Shown one piece after another: positions 47,472 through 58,266 of a stretch of 64,000 nucleotides of DNA; position 1 is the stretch's first letter; each line of letters opens with the position of its first letter. The DNA lies in assembly GCF_018350175.1 (NCBI RefSeq), contig NC_058368.1:184390001-184454000 (forward strand), written 5' to 3'. The DNA comes from Felis catus. Its lineage: Eukaryota. The notes below the pieces were generated by a model. It searched no databases. It saw nothing but the letters and a program-made list of their open reading frames with translations, and was not told the DNA's origin. A program made the position numbers and the translations under genes.

Positions 47472-50400
47472 CTCTAGAAAAACAATTCCAAATGGGCATT
47501 TCTAAATGAATCCTTGTAACAGATGTTTAGACCAGTTTACAGACACAAAGACTGCTTAGGAAGAAGTCTGATTCGTCAGTGATGCAAACCACTAACACAT
47601 TCAGAAACAAAACATTATTTTCCAGGTTTTAAAAATATTCAAAAAACATTTTTTGAAACTATGCTTTAAAATGAGACTCTGGGGGGCAGTGCTAAGAGAC
47701 AGGGTTATCTGATGCTGAAATGAGCAAATGATAAAGGGAACTACTTCTATTCGTTTGCTCTCCCAAAGATTGCAGACAAATTCATGCTTTACCATCATAT
47801 TTCCAACCTAAGAATGGACTTCTGAATTCATGGCAATTACTGGGAACTTCTTTCCATTGATCATATGCATCTTAAACCTTTGGCTGCTTGGCAAAGATAC
47901 TTTTATAACTTTCTATGAGAAATTAAGGATATTATACTATTATCTTTGCCAAAACATGTCATTTTTTTTCTTATAATTTGGATCTAAATCTGTTTTTCAG
48001 AACCCATTAGCGAAAACTTCTGGTTTGTCGTTTTGAGTCATCATACAAAAGGTACAGAGCTCCTATGTCAAAACTGGCATTACGCTTAGCAAAATAACCT
48101 CTGGAGGTCGATAAAGCATTGTTTCACTCTTCTAAGACCTAGTTATCATATTAAAGGTTGCAGATGTTCATTTCCCAGTTTTATTAGCTTTCTTCACAAT
48201 TGGTTAAAAATGGAAAGAAAAGAAATTACAATTCTAATTGTGACTCTACTTAACTAGTTCAAACTGATTTAAGTCTGAACATCTGAGAAGTCTGAAAACT
48301 CGGCAGCCATTTAAAAGTCTATTTGAGCAGTAGATCACAATTCCTTAGAGAAATGGAAAGGTGCTTTATAGTCTAATGCTTCCTTTTGAACTGTATATCA
48401 CTTTTTCTATTTAGAATTCATTTGAATGCAGAAATCGAGTTAGGTTCCTTTCATTGGAGACACTCCAAATATTTTGACAGTTATTTAAATACCATATTGA
48501 CAAGCCCATTATATTTACTGGTCCTAAAACAAATAATTTCCACATATTCTAAGCTTTAAAACCCTTTAGTACAAATTATTAAAAGATTATAAAGTGTTTG
48601 TCTGTGCATTTTTAAGGGGAGGGATTTGTGACTTCTTAAAAAAAGGAAAATATTTGAACAGCAGCTATAATTCTAGTATATTCACAAATCAGTCATTAAA
48701 ATGCATAGAGCAGAGTTGTTGCAGCTGTATACAGCTTTTATTATTCAGACTGCTAAATGGGTGAAACATATATTTTAATTTAATGTATAATGCACAACTC
48801 AGAATGAACCAGAATGATTCTTCTTCCCCTCCCTTTCCTAAGGAGAAGCCAGAGATCCTTCACAGGGCTGGTGATAATTTCTCCTGGACAACAGCCAGCT
48901 GAGATTTATTGAATATGCCGGCATCTCTTCATAAAACATTCCAAGAGCTGGCAGAAGTTTAGTCAAAAAATCAGCCCATAACATTTCAACTTTTATTCAT
49001 ATATTTTCATGGGGGATTTAATTGCTAAGCCTTCAACTCTGTTTAGCAATTATGACCCAATGGGAACTTCAGCTCCTATAGAAAGTTAATAAAGGAGTGT
49101 CTTCCCATATTGTTATTATGGGAATAAAAGACTTGAGTTTGGGGAGGGGGAAGACTTAAAAGTCTGGACTAAAGGGAGGTACAAAGAACCACCTCAATAC
49201 TATTGATAAAGGGGAGGAAACGATGAGGAGGGGGTGTTTATTCTTATTTAGTGACTGTAGTAAGTCAGTGAAGGTATGTTTAAAAGTAAAAAAAAAAAAA
49301 AACACATGACATGATTATATCAAAGGGTGTTGTGATTTCTCTATTTTAAATAGGCTAGACTCCTGTCTAGAGGATTCATACCTGGAGAATGCTATTGTCT
49401 ATTTAATGGCCAAACTTTGTCTCCTGCCCTTAGAATGTATGTTATCTTGAGCCTCCCTGCAAAATAAAGGCCCTCCCCTTACATTTTCAGTACAACAACA
49501 ACAAAATCCCATTTATAGCTTCTCTTGTCTCTACAGGTACTTGTGGTCTATTTTATTTCTTTGCAGAAATGTAAGTCTCTCTCTGATGCAATTGATTCCT
49601 TTCTTAAGATCTCCAACAAGCTCTCACTGGAGTTTTGAACTATTCTCCTACAGCAGAAATCTCAGTGGTAGCACTAACTAATTTATTGTGTTTAACCAGA
49701 GCCTCTAAAAAATAATTTCCTTATGTCTTTCCATGCCTAGAGATTTATACTGGTGCTTAGTTTCTTAGAAAGGACAGTGCTAAACTGCATGTCAGTTATG
49801 TTGGCTTTTGGATTTAGTCATTTTGTGACCATACCAAGGGGGGATTGTATCTTCCAGCCTTATAGGTAATTTCGCCAGAGAGGAACAAATTAGGGTTGAG
49901 AGTTTAATGGTCTTCAGAGATTCTGAGCTTGGCTTACTGAATTGCTGGAGCAAACCATGACGCACAAAAGCCTTCAAAGCTGTGAATGCCACGGATTCTC
50001 TGTGCTCTCTCAGGCTGCCAACGCTCTGCGGCAGATGCCTGCCAGAGTCTAAAGGCCTTTTCTCATCTTCAAAATATCAAGACTGTTCACAAAGGCCTAT
50101 GGTAACTTCTAATTGTTTATCATGTTTAAATAATCAGTAATATGGCCCCATCTCTCTGATAACTACATTGTTTCTTAAACATCTTCAGTATTTAGTCATG
50201 GTTTATCTACTACTTTATATAAAAGAGATTTGTGGTGTCCTTATAATAAGGGAGATAAACCTCCTGATTGTAATTAAATATAAAAGGAATGCAAGACCAT
50301 GGATTAGAATATATAAATATGCAACCACCTGGGGCTTATATAATTGAAACTGGACTTAACACATGACTTGATGCCTGTTGCTGACAGTACAAGAACACGA

Positions 50401-51035
50401 GCCTTGATCCACACCGTCTCTTTCACTCACTTCTAGAACCTATTTATTCTTATTACATTCGAATGACTCTGTAGATCAGTTGCCTTGTATGTTCAAAGTT
50501 TATGATTTCAGCACATCAATTTTATCACAAGAGAAACAAACAAAAAAAGAATAGGGGAGGTCAGTAAGATTACTTTTACTAGCATCTCCATTCATCTTCC
50601 TTTATTCATTAGAAAAAATATCTGATCCTAATGTCTTTCAGGTCCTTGCCCGACAGGTGTGTTAGTGTGCTACTGGTCTCATTCTACCTCTGAAACCTTG
50701 TTCATCAATTAGCTACTTTCTCTTGCATCCTAACTTCCTAACTCCCTCTCATCTCTTGCCTTCTGTCTCTAAATATCACAAGTCTCTCCTATAAGGAAAA
50801 GATTTCTTTCACCCAGCCTCAACTTTTCTGGGGCTACTCAGATGACTGGCCTCTGTCCAGCCTCTCTCAGAGCACTGATGAGTATTGCATACATGAGTCA
50901 CCTGGGACTAAGAAAAACGATGGTGGTTTGGGCTGGCAGTCACTGTAGCTGCTCTCCCTGGCTCAGCACAGAGTGAGCAGATTAAAAAAAAACAAAAAAC
51001 AAAAAACAAAAAACAAAAAAAAACCACCCAGCTCA

Positions 51036-51161
51036 GGGGCACCTACATGGTTTAATCTGTTAAGCATCTGACTCTTGATATTAGCTCAGGTCATGATCTC
51101 ACAGTTTGTGAGAGAAAGCTTTGTGTCGGGCTCTGCACTAACAGCATTGAGTCTGCTTGGG

Positions 51162-51206
<45 letters not shown>

Positions 51207-51263
51207 TCCCTGCTCACGTTCTCTCAAAATAAATAAACATTAACATTAAAACAAACAAACAAA
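51036..51263 (+). mobile_element. Can-SINE with expanded (CT)n
   Basis: SINE body and long CT run. Confidence 0.93.
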
Positions 51264-51267
51264 CCCA

Positions 51268-51530
51268 GGTGCCTGGGTGGCTCAGTCATTGAGCATCTGA
51301 CTTCACTCAGGACATGATCTCAGAGTTTATGAGTGTGAGTTCCACATCGGGTGAGCATGAGCCCTGCTTTGGATGAACATGAGCCCCACTTCAGGTAAAA
51401 CACAAGCCCCCATTGAGCCCCACTTCTCTCTCTCTCCCCCCCCAATCTCTCTGCCCCTCGTGGGATCCTCCCTCTCTCTCTACCTGTCACTCATTCGTGC
51501 CCTCTGTCTGTCAACAAAACAAACCAAAAC
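51268..51530 (+). mobile_element. Can-SINE variant with internal ~22-bp tandem array (SINEC_Fc3-like)
   Basis: SINE head followed by repeated GGTGAGCATGAGCCCC-like units at 51349-51426. Confidence 0.85.
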
Positions 51531-52045
51531 AAAACCCAACTCATAGCTTCTTCCCTGAGGAGGGAAAGAGTTGGACAGAGCATCCAATGTCCCATGATCT
51601 GAGGGCTGCCTAAATTGGCTTCACTCTTGCTTATCTAAGAGTGTTAGTAGTCCCCAGCAAAATTTAGATGCCTGGGGCTACTAAGAACAAAGAAAGCAGA
51701 TTGGATAAGCAAAAACATTTGAGAACCCCTAGAATCACTGCCCAGACTGATTGCTGAGGGTATTTTGCATGAGTCAAGTCCACAAAGACTAGGAGAGATG
51801 GCTATTTTGTGTAGTGCACACACCCACACAGAGTTAATGAAAATGAAGAAACAAGGAAATTGTTCTGAACAAAGAACAAGGTAAAGTTCTAGAAACTGAC
51901 CCCCAAAATAGAAATATATTATTTACTTGACAGAGAATTCAAAATCATAAAGATGCTCACTGAGATCAGGAGAACAACGCAAGAACAAAATGAGAAAATA
52001 AAAAGATAGAAAATTTACAGAAATTATATACCTGAAGAGTACACG

Positions 52046-52545
52046 CCCCTTTCAATCACATCTGAGTTTATGTTGTTGATGTTACTTTTGGAAAGAATGG
52101 GGGCTTGTTGCCAGAGGAATCAACCTATGATTAGAGGTTTGGATCTTTTGGCCCCACCCCCATTCCCCCACCTCCAGGGGAAGAAAAAGGGGCGGGAAGT
52201 GGAGTTAATCACTTGAGCCAATGATTTCATCAATCACGTCTATTTAATGACACCTCTATAAAAACACAAAAAGATGGAGTTTAGATAGCTTTGTACTGTA
52301 AACATGTGGAGGTGCTGAGATGGTGGCACACCTGTAGAGAGCATGGATACTCCACACTTCTTTTCCCATATCATGCTCTGTGCATCTATTCCCTATGAAT
52401 GTTCCTGAGTTATATCCTTTTAATATAAATTATTAATCTTCTAATAAACTGTTTCTTGAGTTATACGAACCACTGTAGCAAGTTAATCAAAACTGAGGAG
52501 GTCATAGGAACCACCGATTTATAGCTGGTTGGTCAGAAGCACAAA
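52046..52545 (+). mobile_element. MER21-like ERVL LTR fragment
   Basis: gttgccagaggaatcaacc...gccaatgatttcatcaatcac...ggaggtgctg...agagagcatgga...tgttcctgagttatatcctttt...ggttggtcagaagcac. Confidence 0.8.
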
Positions 52546-52549
52546 TACC

Positions 52550-52700
52550 TTGGAAAGAACAGAAAAAAAAAACAGGAAAATCCACAAAATGAAGAGCTGG
52601 ATATTTGAAAAGATAAACAATGACAGACCTTTAGTTGGACTAAGAAAAAAAAGCGAGAAGATCCAAATAAATAAGATAGAAAATGAAAGAGTAAATATCA
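52550..52700 (+). mobile_element. L1M ORF2 fragment
   Basis: KIHKMKSWIFEKINNDRPLVGLRKKSEKIQINKIENER resembles the L1 ORF2 segment KSWFFEKINKIDKPL. Confidence 0.8.
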
Positions 52701-53279
52701 TGCTTAATGTTTTGTTCTAATTGATAATAAAGTAGTTAAATCAGAACCTTGAGATTTAAGTTCTCTATCACATTGTCTCTCCCCTCAGCCTGATTGAAAC
52801 CATGCTCATTATCTTTCTGCAATTAATTCCTTATTCCTCAGGCTCTTTCCTGTTATCCCAAGGGATGAACCTTCTGGAAAGAGGACTTCATGGAGATGAT
52901 TAGGTCACACTGCATTCACCAATTAAATGACAGTTAGCTATGGATTTCTACTGAGAGATGTAAATGATTAGCAGATCCTTTACAGAGACAGCTGTTGTTC
53001 TAAGAGGTTACCATTTTATAGTCTGGTTTCTAGAGAATTACTCAGTATTTTCTTAAGGTCAGATGGCATACCATAGTACTAACTATTTAAGAGGATAAAT
53101 CTGTATCTTATCACCATTAGAGAGTACTTTCATGGCTACTACTGAAGTTCATCATACAGACACAAATGTTAAACTTTTTCATGTATGAACCATGTAATGT
53201 TACAAAGAAAAGTACACCACAATCTCTTTACTTTTTGCATTTGTTTAAGCCCTCACTAGAGCTTTCTCTCTGTCTCCCT

Positions 53280-53354
53280 CACACACACACACACACACGT
53301 GCATACATGTATGTATACACATATATATGTACATGTACGCATGTATACATGTAT
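53280..53354. repeat. (CA)n grading into an alternating purine-pyrimidine tract
   Basis: Seen directly. Confidence 0.9.
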
Positions 53355-53914
53355 TATCTTTATGAACTGCATTTCATGGACAAACATTACGTGTTCTCAG
53401 GAATAAAGTGTTTAATCAATTTGCAGCAAAAATTATTTCTGAATAGAAAAGCAATATGATGAATATAGGTTGACCTTAATAATAAAATGTCTCTAATTAG
53501 TATGGCTTTATTTATTGCATACTTCTTTCTCTCACACTCTATTATATATTCCTAATTTTGCATAATTGAAAATAAATAATTTGAGATTGGATTTGAAGCT
53601 TCAAGCAAATGGCACAAAACTGTAAATAAATGTGGTATTATATAATATTGGAAGCATATGAGAGAATTTAGGGTGATAGACAACTGTCTTTATAAGGTTG
53701 TATATTTATTTCATGGATAAAAATGTACAAAGCACAAAACATTTATGATTTTATATCTATAAATGCTCGATATAAAGCTAAGTAAAAACTGCATTTAAGA
53801 AAATATTGTAGATATGGAAAAAATTTTGAAAGCAGTACAAAAATATTAGGGGTATATGTAGGAGTAGAAAACAGATTTGATTCAGGAAGAGAAAGTACCA
53901 ATAATAATTAACAT

Positions 53915-54130
53915 GTATATGACACTTTTATGATATGTCAAGTGTTATTTAGGGGGCCTTAGGTCCATTAATTTATTTAGTGTCTGCAACAAGTCTAAAA
54001 GATAGATACCATTATTGTCTTCATTTTCTAGATGAGGACACTGAGGCACACATTTGATTTAAGTGACTGGCTCAAGGTCATGTTGGAAATATGGCTCCAG
54101 ATTCTTCATTTTTAACTTCTAGATTATACT
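53915..54130 (-). mobile_element. MIR
   Basis: cattttctagatgaggacactgaggcac...aagtgactggctcaaggtca. Confidence 0.8.
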
Positions 54131-54509
54131 CTTTTAGTTTTTAGTTAATAGTCAATGCACTGGGGAAGGATAAAAAAAATTATAAAATTTAATACCTAAC
54201 CATAAAAAAGAAAAGAAACAATAAGACATCAGAGGATACATTATTGGGTCCCCTGTGCTCCATACATTCTTTTCATTCCTTATTGGATCCAAAAATTGAA
54301 CAGATGGAACTATCCCCTCAGAGTACTTAAGTTATTCTGTAGTTTTCAGAGATAGTTAGAAATACATTAGGGAAAATGGCCCTTTGTGGACACTCTTTGT
54401 TCTAAGGACCAAAAGGTGTCTAATCAACCTGTAGAGAAAACTATTTCTGAAGTGATTAACAATATGAACATGATTGCCCCAAACAATAAAAGACTATCAT
54501 TATTATGAC

Positions 54510-54700
54510 TTCCATTTATTTATTGTGTGCTTGCATGTAAATCCTTGATGTGCATAATCATATTTACTTCTCACAACAAATAAAGTTTATTATAACCCCA
54601 TTCTATAGAAAAAGATTCGAAGGTCCAGAAAAGTTAAGCACCCACATGAGAAGTGGGTAGACTCAGGATTTGAACTGCCTGATTCAAACTCATGCTATTT
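54510..54700 (-). mobile_element. MIR remnant
   Basis: ctcacaacaa...ccccattctataga...aggatttgaac. Confidence 0.6.
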
Positions 54701-54758
54701 TATGTACATGTAAATGATGCCAGAGTATTCTCTTAGCTTTTTCAAAAAAATTAATTCT

Positions 54759-54976
54759 GGGGCGCCTGGGTGGCGCAGTCGGTTAAGCGTCCGACTTCAG
54801 CCAGGTCACGATCTCGCGGTCCGTGAGTTCGAGCCCCGCGTCGGGCTCTGGGCTGATGGCTCAGAGCCTGGAGCCTGTTTCCGATTCTGTGTCTCCCTCT
54901 CTCTCTGCCCCTCCCCCATTCATGCTCTGTCTCTCTCTGTCCCAAAAATAAATAAACATTGAAAAAAAAAATTAAA
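54759..54976 (+). mobile_element. Young felid Can-SINE (SINEC_Fc type)
   Basis: Perfect TSD AAAAAAATTAATTCT at 54744-54758 and 54977-54991. Confidence 0.97.
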
Positions 54977-55136
54977 AAAAAAATTAATTCTATCTGCAAA
55001 TTCAACAATAACTTCACTGCATACCTTTAGAAACAATACTGCTTATTTTAATAGTCCAGCTAAAAAAAAACAAAAAAACAAAACGAAACACCTAAATATG
55101 TAGCCATCCAGATGCAAGAGGATCTCCTTGCAAAGA

Positions 55137-55362
55137 TTTGTTTTTGTTTTTGTTTTTGTTTTTAACATTTATTTATTTTTGAGACAGAGAGAGAGCGTGA
55201 ACAGGGGAGGGTCAGAGGAAGAGGGAGACATAGAATCTGAAACACGCTCCAGGTTCTGAGCTGTCAGCACAGAGCCTGACGTGGGGCTTGAACACACAGA
55301 CTGGGGTATCATGACCTGAGCTGAAGTCGGACGCTTACTGACTGAGCCACCCAGGCACCCCC
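55137..55362 (-). mobile_element. Can-SINE
   Basis: Antisense SINE; TSD-like AAGATTTG flanks. Confidence 0.94.
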
Positions 55363-55413
55363 GAAGATTTGGTTTTGTATATCCCATAAATTAATACTAG
55401 CTATCCAGCTAGT

Positions 55414-55600
55414 ATTTTTATTATTTGATTTTAAAGAAGGAGAAAGAGTGTGTGAGTGGGAGAGAGGGGCAGAAGGAAAGAGAATCTTAAGCAAGTTCCA
55501 CACTCAGCACAGAGCCTGAAGTGGGGCTCATTCCCACGACCTTGGGATCATGACCGACCAAGAGTCAGATGCTCAATGGACTGAACTACCTAGGTGCCCC
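55414..55600 (-). mobile_element. Older Can-SINE
   Basis: Antisense SINE ending taggtgcccc. Confidence 0.9.
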
Positions 55601-56039
55601 TATTTATGCCTTTGAAAATATGACTTTTACTAATTCAATTCAACAAATGCTCAAGTGTCTACCAGTTCCTGATGACAAGGAACCTACCATTTTTGTGGGG
55701 AAAGTTAACAGGTACATGCAAAAAGAGACACAGTTCAAGACCACATGCTACAGAATAAACTGTATGGAATAAATAGATAATAACATCACTTTCTATAAAT
55801 CCTTCAACAGTATAAAGAGATCACTGTGTCTCAGGTATATAATAGCAATTGTAGTGAAAATTAATTTTCTTTTTCACCACTTTTGGAATCCCCTTTCCTC
55901 TGTTTTAGCATACAGTTTAGATGACAATAGAATTATCTGGACTATGTCTCTTTTCCCTTCACTATTAGATGGGAATACTTGGGGAATAAAGACAAATTCT
56001 CAGTCACCTTCATATTGTACTTGATAATGACGGCTAAGT

Positions 56040-56220
56040 GTTAACTTTTACTGAATATTGCTCATAGCACCTTAATTAAACATCCAATTCTTTAAATCTG
56101 CGCAACCACTCCTTGGGTAGGCACTATGATCACTACATTTTACCAATGAAGAAAGTAAATCACTTGCTCAAGACACAGACTTAGTAAAGGGCAGAAGTGT
56201 GAGCCCAAGCCAACTGAAAG
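56040..56220 (-). mobile_element. MIR remnant
   Basis: ggtaggcactatgatcactacattttaccaatgaagaaa...acttgctcaagacacagacttagtaa. Confidence 0.7.
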
Positions 56221-56594
56221 GAGGTGCTTAATAAATGTTCATCAAAGTAATTTAAGCAAAATCTGTTTCAAGATGGTATTCACAAAGGGTATCAGTGCCT
56301 CATATTGGATAAATAATTATCAGGGACATTGGTCAGGGTTAGGTAGCCCTCTTCTTCATTCCCAACTAAGCAAGGTCATGGCATGTTAACATAAATATGG
56401 CAATAGCAATGTACTAGGATGGTCTACAGAGTGAGTATTGGACTCATGTACAGTCCTGATACTGCAAGACACCTTTTGCATTCCCCCACAGATGCTGGAA
56501 GGTATAAGTAAGTATGTTAAAATGGGGTCTTGACTTATTTGACCATAACAATTTATGACAGGAAGAGGAGGAGAGAAAAGGGAAAGGAGGAGCC

Positions 56595-56782
56595 ATTTAT
56601 TACTGGGCAGTTACAGGCATTGTGCTCCGAGCTAGGCACCTCACTAGATTATTTTATAAATCCTACAACATCCCTTCAAATTTTGAAAACTAAGGCTCAG
56701 TGACATTGAGATTATTCAAGTCCACTTATCTATCAAGACTGGAAACTAAGCCTGTCTGAATCCAAATCCTTATTCTAACCAC
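56595..56782 (-). mobile_element. MIR remnant
   Basis: atttattact...aggcattgtgct...gaaaactaaggctcag...ctgtctgaatccaaa...taaccacta. Confidence 0.65.
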
Positions 56783-57087
56783 TAAAAACAGAAATTGTAT
56801 AACCTTATACTATTTCTCAAATACTTCATGTATTCTTTCTTTAAAAAGCCACACATATTAAACAGCAAGTATATATAAAATATGAGACATTCATAAATGT
56901 CAACAACCATCATAATTTGCCTGAGAATACCACCTAAATTCTGAGAACATCTGTCTGTGATATTAAGCGTCTGAGCAGTGTTTGAGAGTATGTGGTATCC
57001 TATGAAGACTAAGGATGCTTTTTAAAAAGTTGAATTATTAGAAAGAAAACCATTCTCATTATTTTGAAGTCAATATGTACTTACTAA

Positions 57088-57283
57088 GGGGTGCCTGGGT
57101 GGCTCAGTGGGTTGAGCATCTGACTTTGGCTCAGGTCATGATGTCACAGTTTATGAGTTCAAGCCCCTCATCAGGCTCGCTGCTGTCAGGGAGGAGCCTG
57201 CCTCAGATCTTCTGTTCCCCTCTCTCTCTGCCTCTCCCCTGCTCATGCCCTCTCTTCTCTCAAAAATAAACAATAAAAAAAAG
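57088..57283 (+). mobile_element. Can-SINE
   Basis: Perfect TSD ATGTACTTACTAA at 57075-57087 and 57284-57296. Confidence 0.95.
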
Positions 57284-57630
57284 ATGTACTTACTAAAGTC
57301 AGAAACAAAATATAGCCCATCGTGCAAATGAAAGGTATTTGTTCTGTGATTCACATTAGTCTACCTGCAATGTGCACTGTCCAAAAGTGGAAGAAAAGAT
57401 GGTCCTTGCTCCTGAGGTGCTCATTATTGTATTCTGAATTTAAGAAATAGCCACCAGCTGAAAAAATGCTGAAAGGAATTATTTTGCCGAAAGGAATAAT
57501 TCAAGCTATATACATGCTATTTTTATTGAGGAGAGAGCAATGTTAGCTAATGGATACAAACTATTGGAAAAGTGGGCATTTCAGTTTAAAGGATATTGAT
57601 ATAGTATAGTCATGTTATCATTAGCTTGGA

Positions 57631-57665
<35 letters not shown>
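57631..57665. repeat. (AAT)n microsatellite
   Basis: Seen directly. Confidence 0.95.
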
Positions 57666-57667
<2 letters not shown>

Positions 57668-57715
57668 GTAATAAAACCTGGGTTCAGATCCTGGTTGGCC
57701 TCCCTAGTGCCCATC

Positions 57716-58266
57716 TGTGATTTTTGGCCTTCCTGTGTCTACTATCTATTCTTCTGGTAACAGCCTCTCCATCTAGCTTAAGAGATCAGTCCACCTTTAT
57801 TCTAAGTCATGTGTTTAGAGAAAGGGATGTACCTGATCCCTGCTCCCATGACCCAAGCATAACCCTCTTAGAATATTCTATCTTGTGAACAGCAAAGATG
57901 GCTATGTGACTCTAATTGATCCAAATCAGAGGAAGGCCCAGGACTTTTTAGGAAGCTGCTAGAAATGGAAGTTTTCACTTTTACTAGGGATGTTTTCCCA
58001 GTCTGTCTGTGGCAGTCATCATTCCACCACAAGAAGGATAGTCTGCCTGAGAATGGAGCCAACACATGAGGAAGCACTGATGGGTAACAAAAAGAAAGTC
58101 CTAAGAAACATCATTTGGGCTCCTTGAATCAAGCCTTTTCTAAACCTAGAAGTAACTCCTAAGTGTTTGATTATATAAGTCAACAAATGCCCTCTTTATT
58201 TTTGTTCTTACATAAATTTAACTTTGGTTTCTACCACTTGCAACCAAGAGTGCTAATGGCTAATTA
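57716..58266 (+). mobile_element. Old MLT1 (K/L-like) MaLR LTR inserted in a MIR
   Basis: ttcttctggtaacagc...tgcctgagaatggagccaacaca...tttctaccacttgcaaccaagagt; MIR halves on both sides. Confidence 0.75.

Larger units (their letters stand above)
50810..52045 (+). mobile_element. Old L1M 5' UTR and ORF1 start, interrupted by two SINEs
   Basis: atgaagaaacaaggaaat...ctagaaactgacccc...ttgacagagaattcaaaat...aagatgctcactgag, an L1M ORF1 N-terminus (MKKQGN...DREFK...KMLTE). Confidence 0.7.

Noticed and set aside
48723..48736. 14-bp perfect palindrome AGCTGTATACAGCT
   Set aside because: Palindromes of this length are expected by chance in 64 kb.
49102..49124. Inverted TTCCCATA...TATGGGAA resembling paired RBPJ sites
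   Set aside because: Orientation and spacing do not match the paired-site architecture, and the core lacks GTG.
51349..51426. Regularly spaced ~22-bp repeats superficially like a CRISPR array
   Set aside because: No unique spacers, inside a SINE, mammalian DNA and no cas genes.
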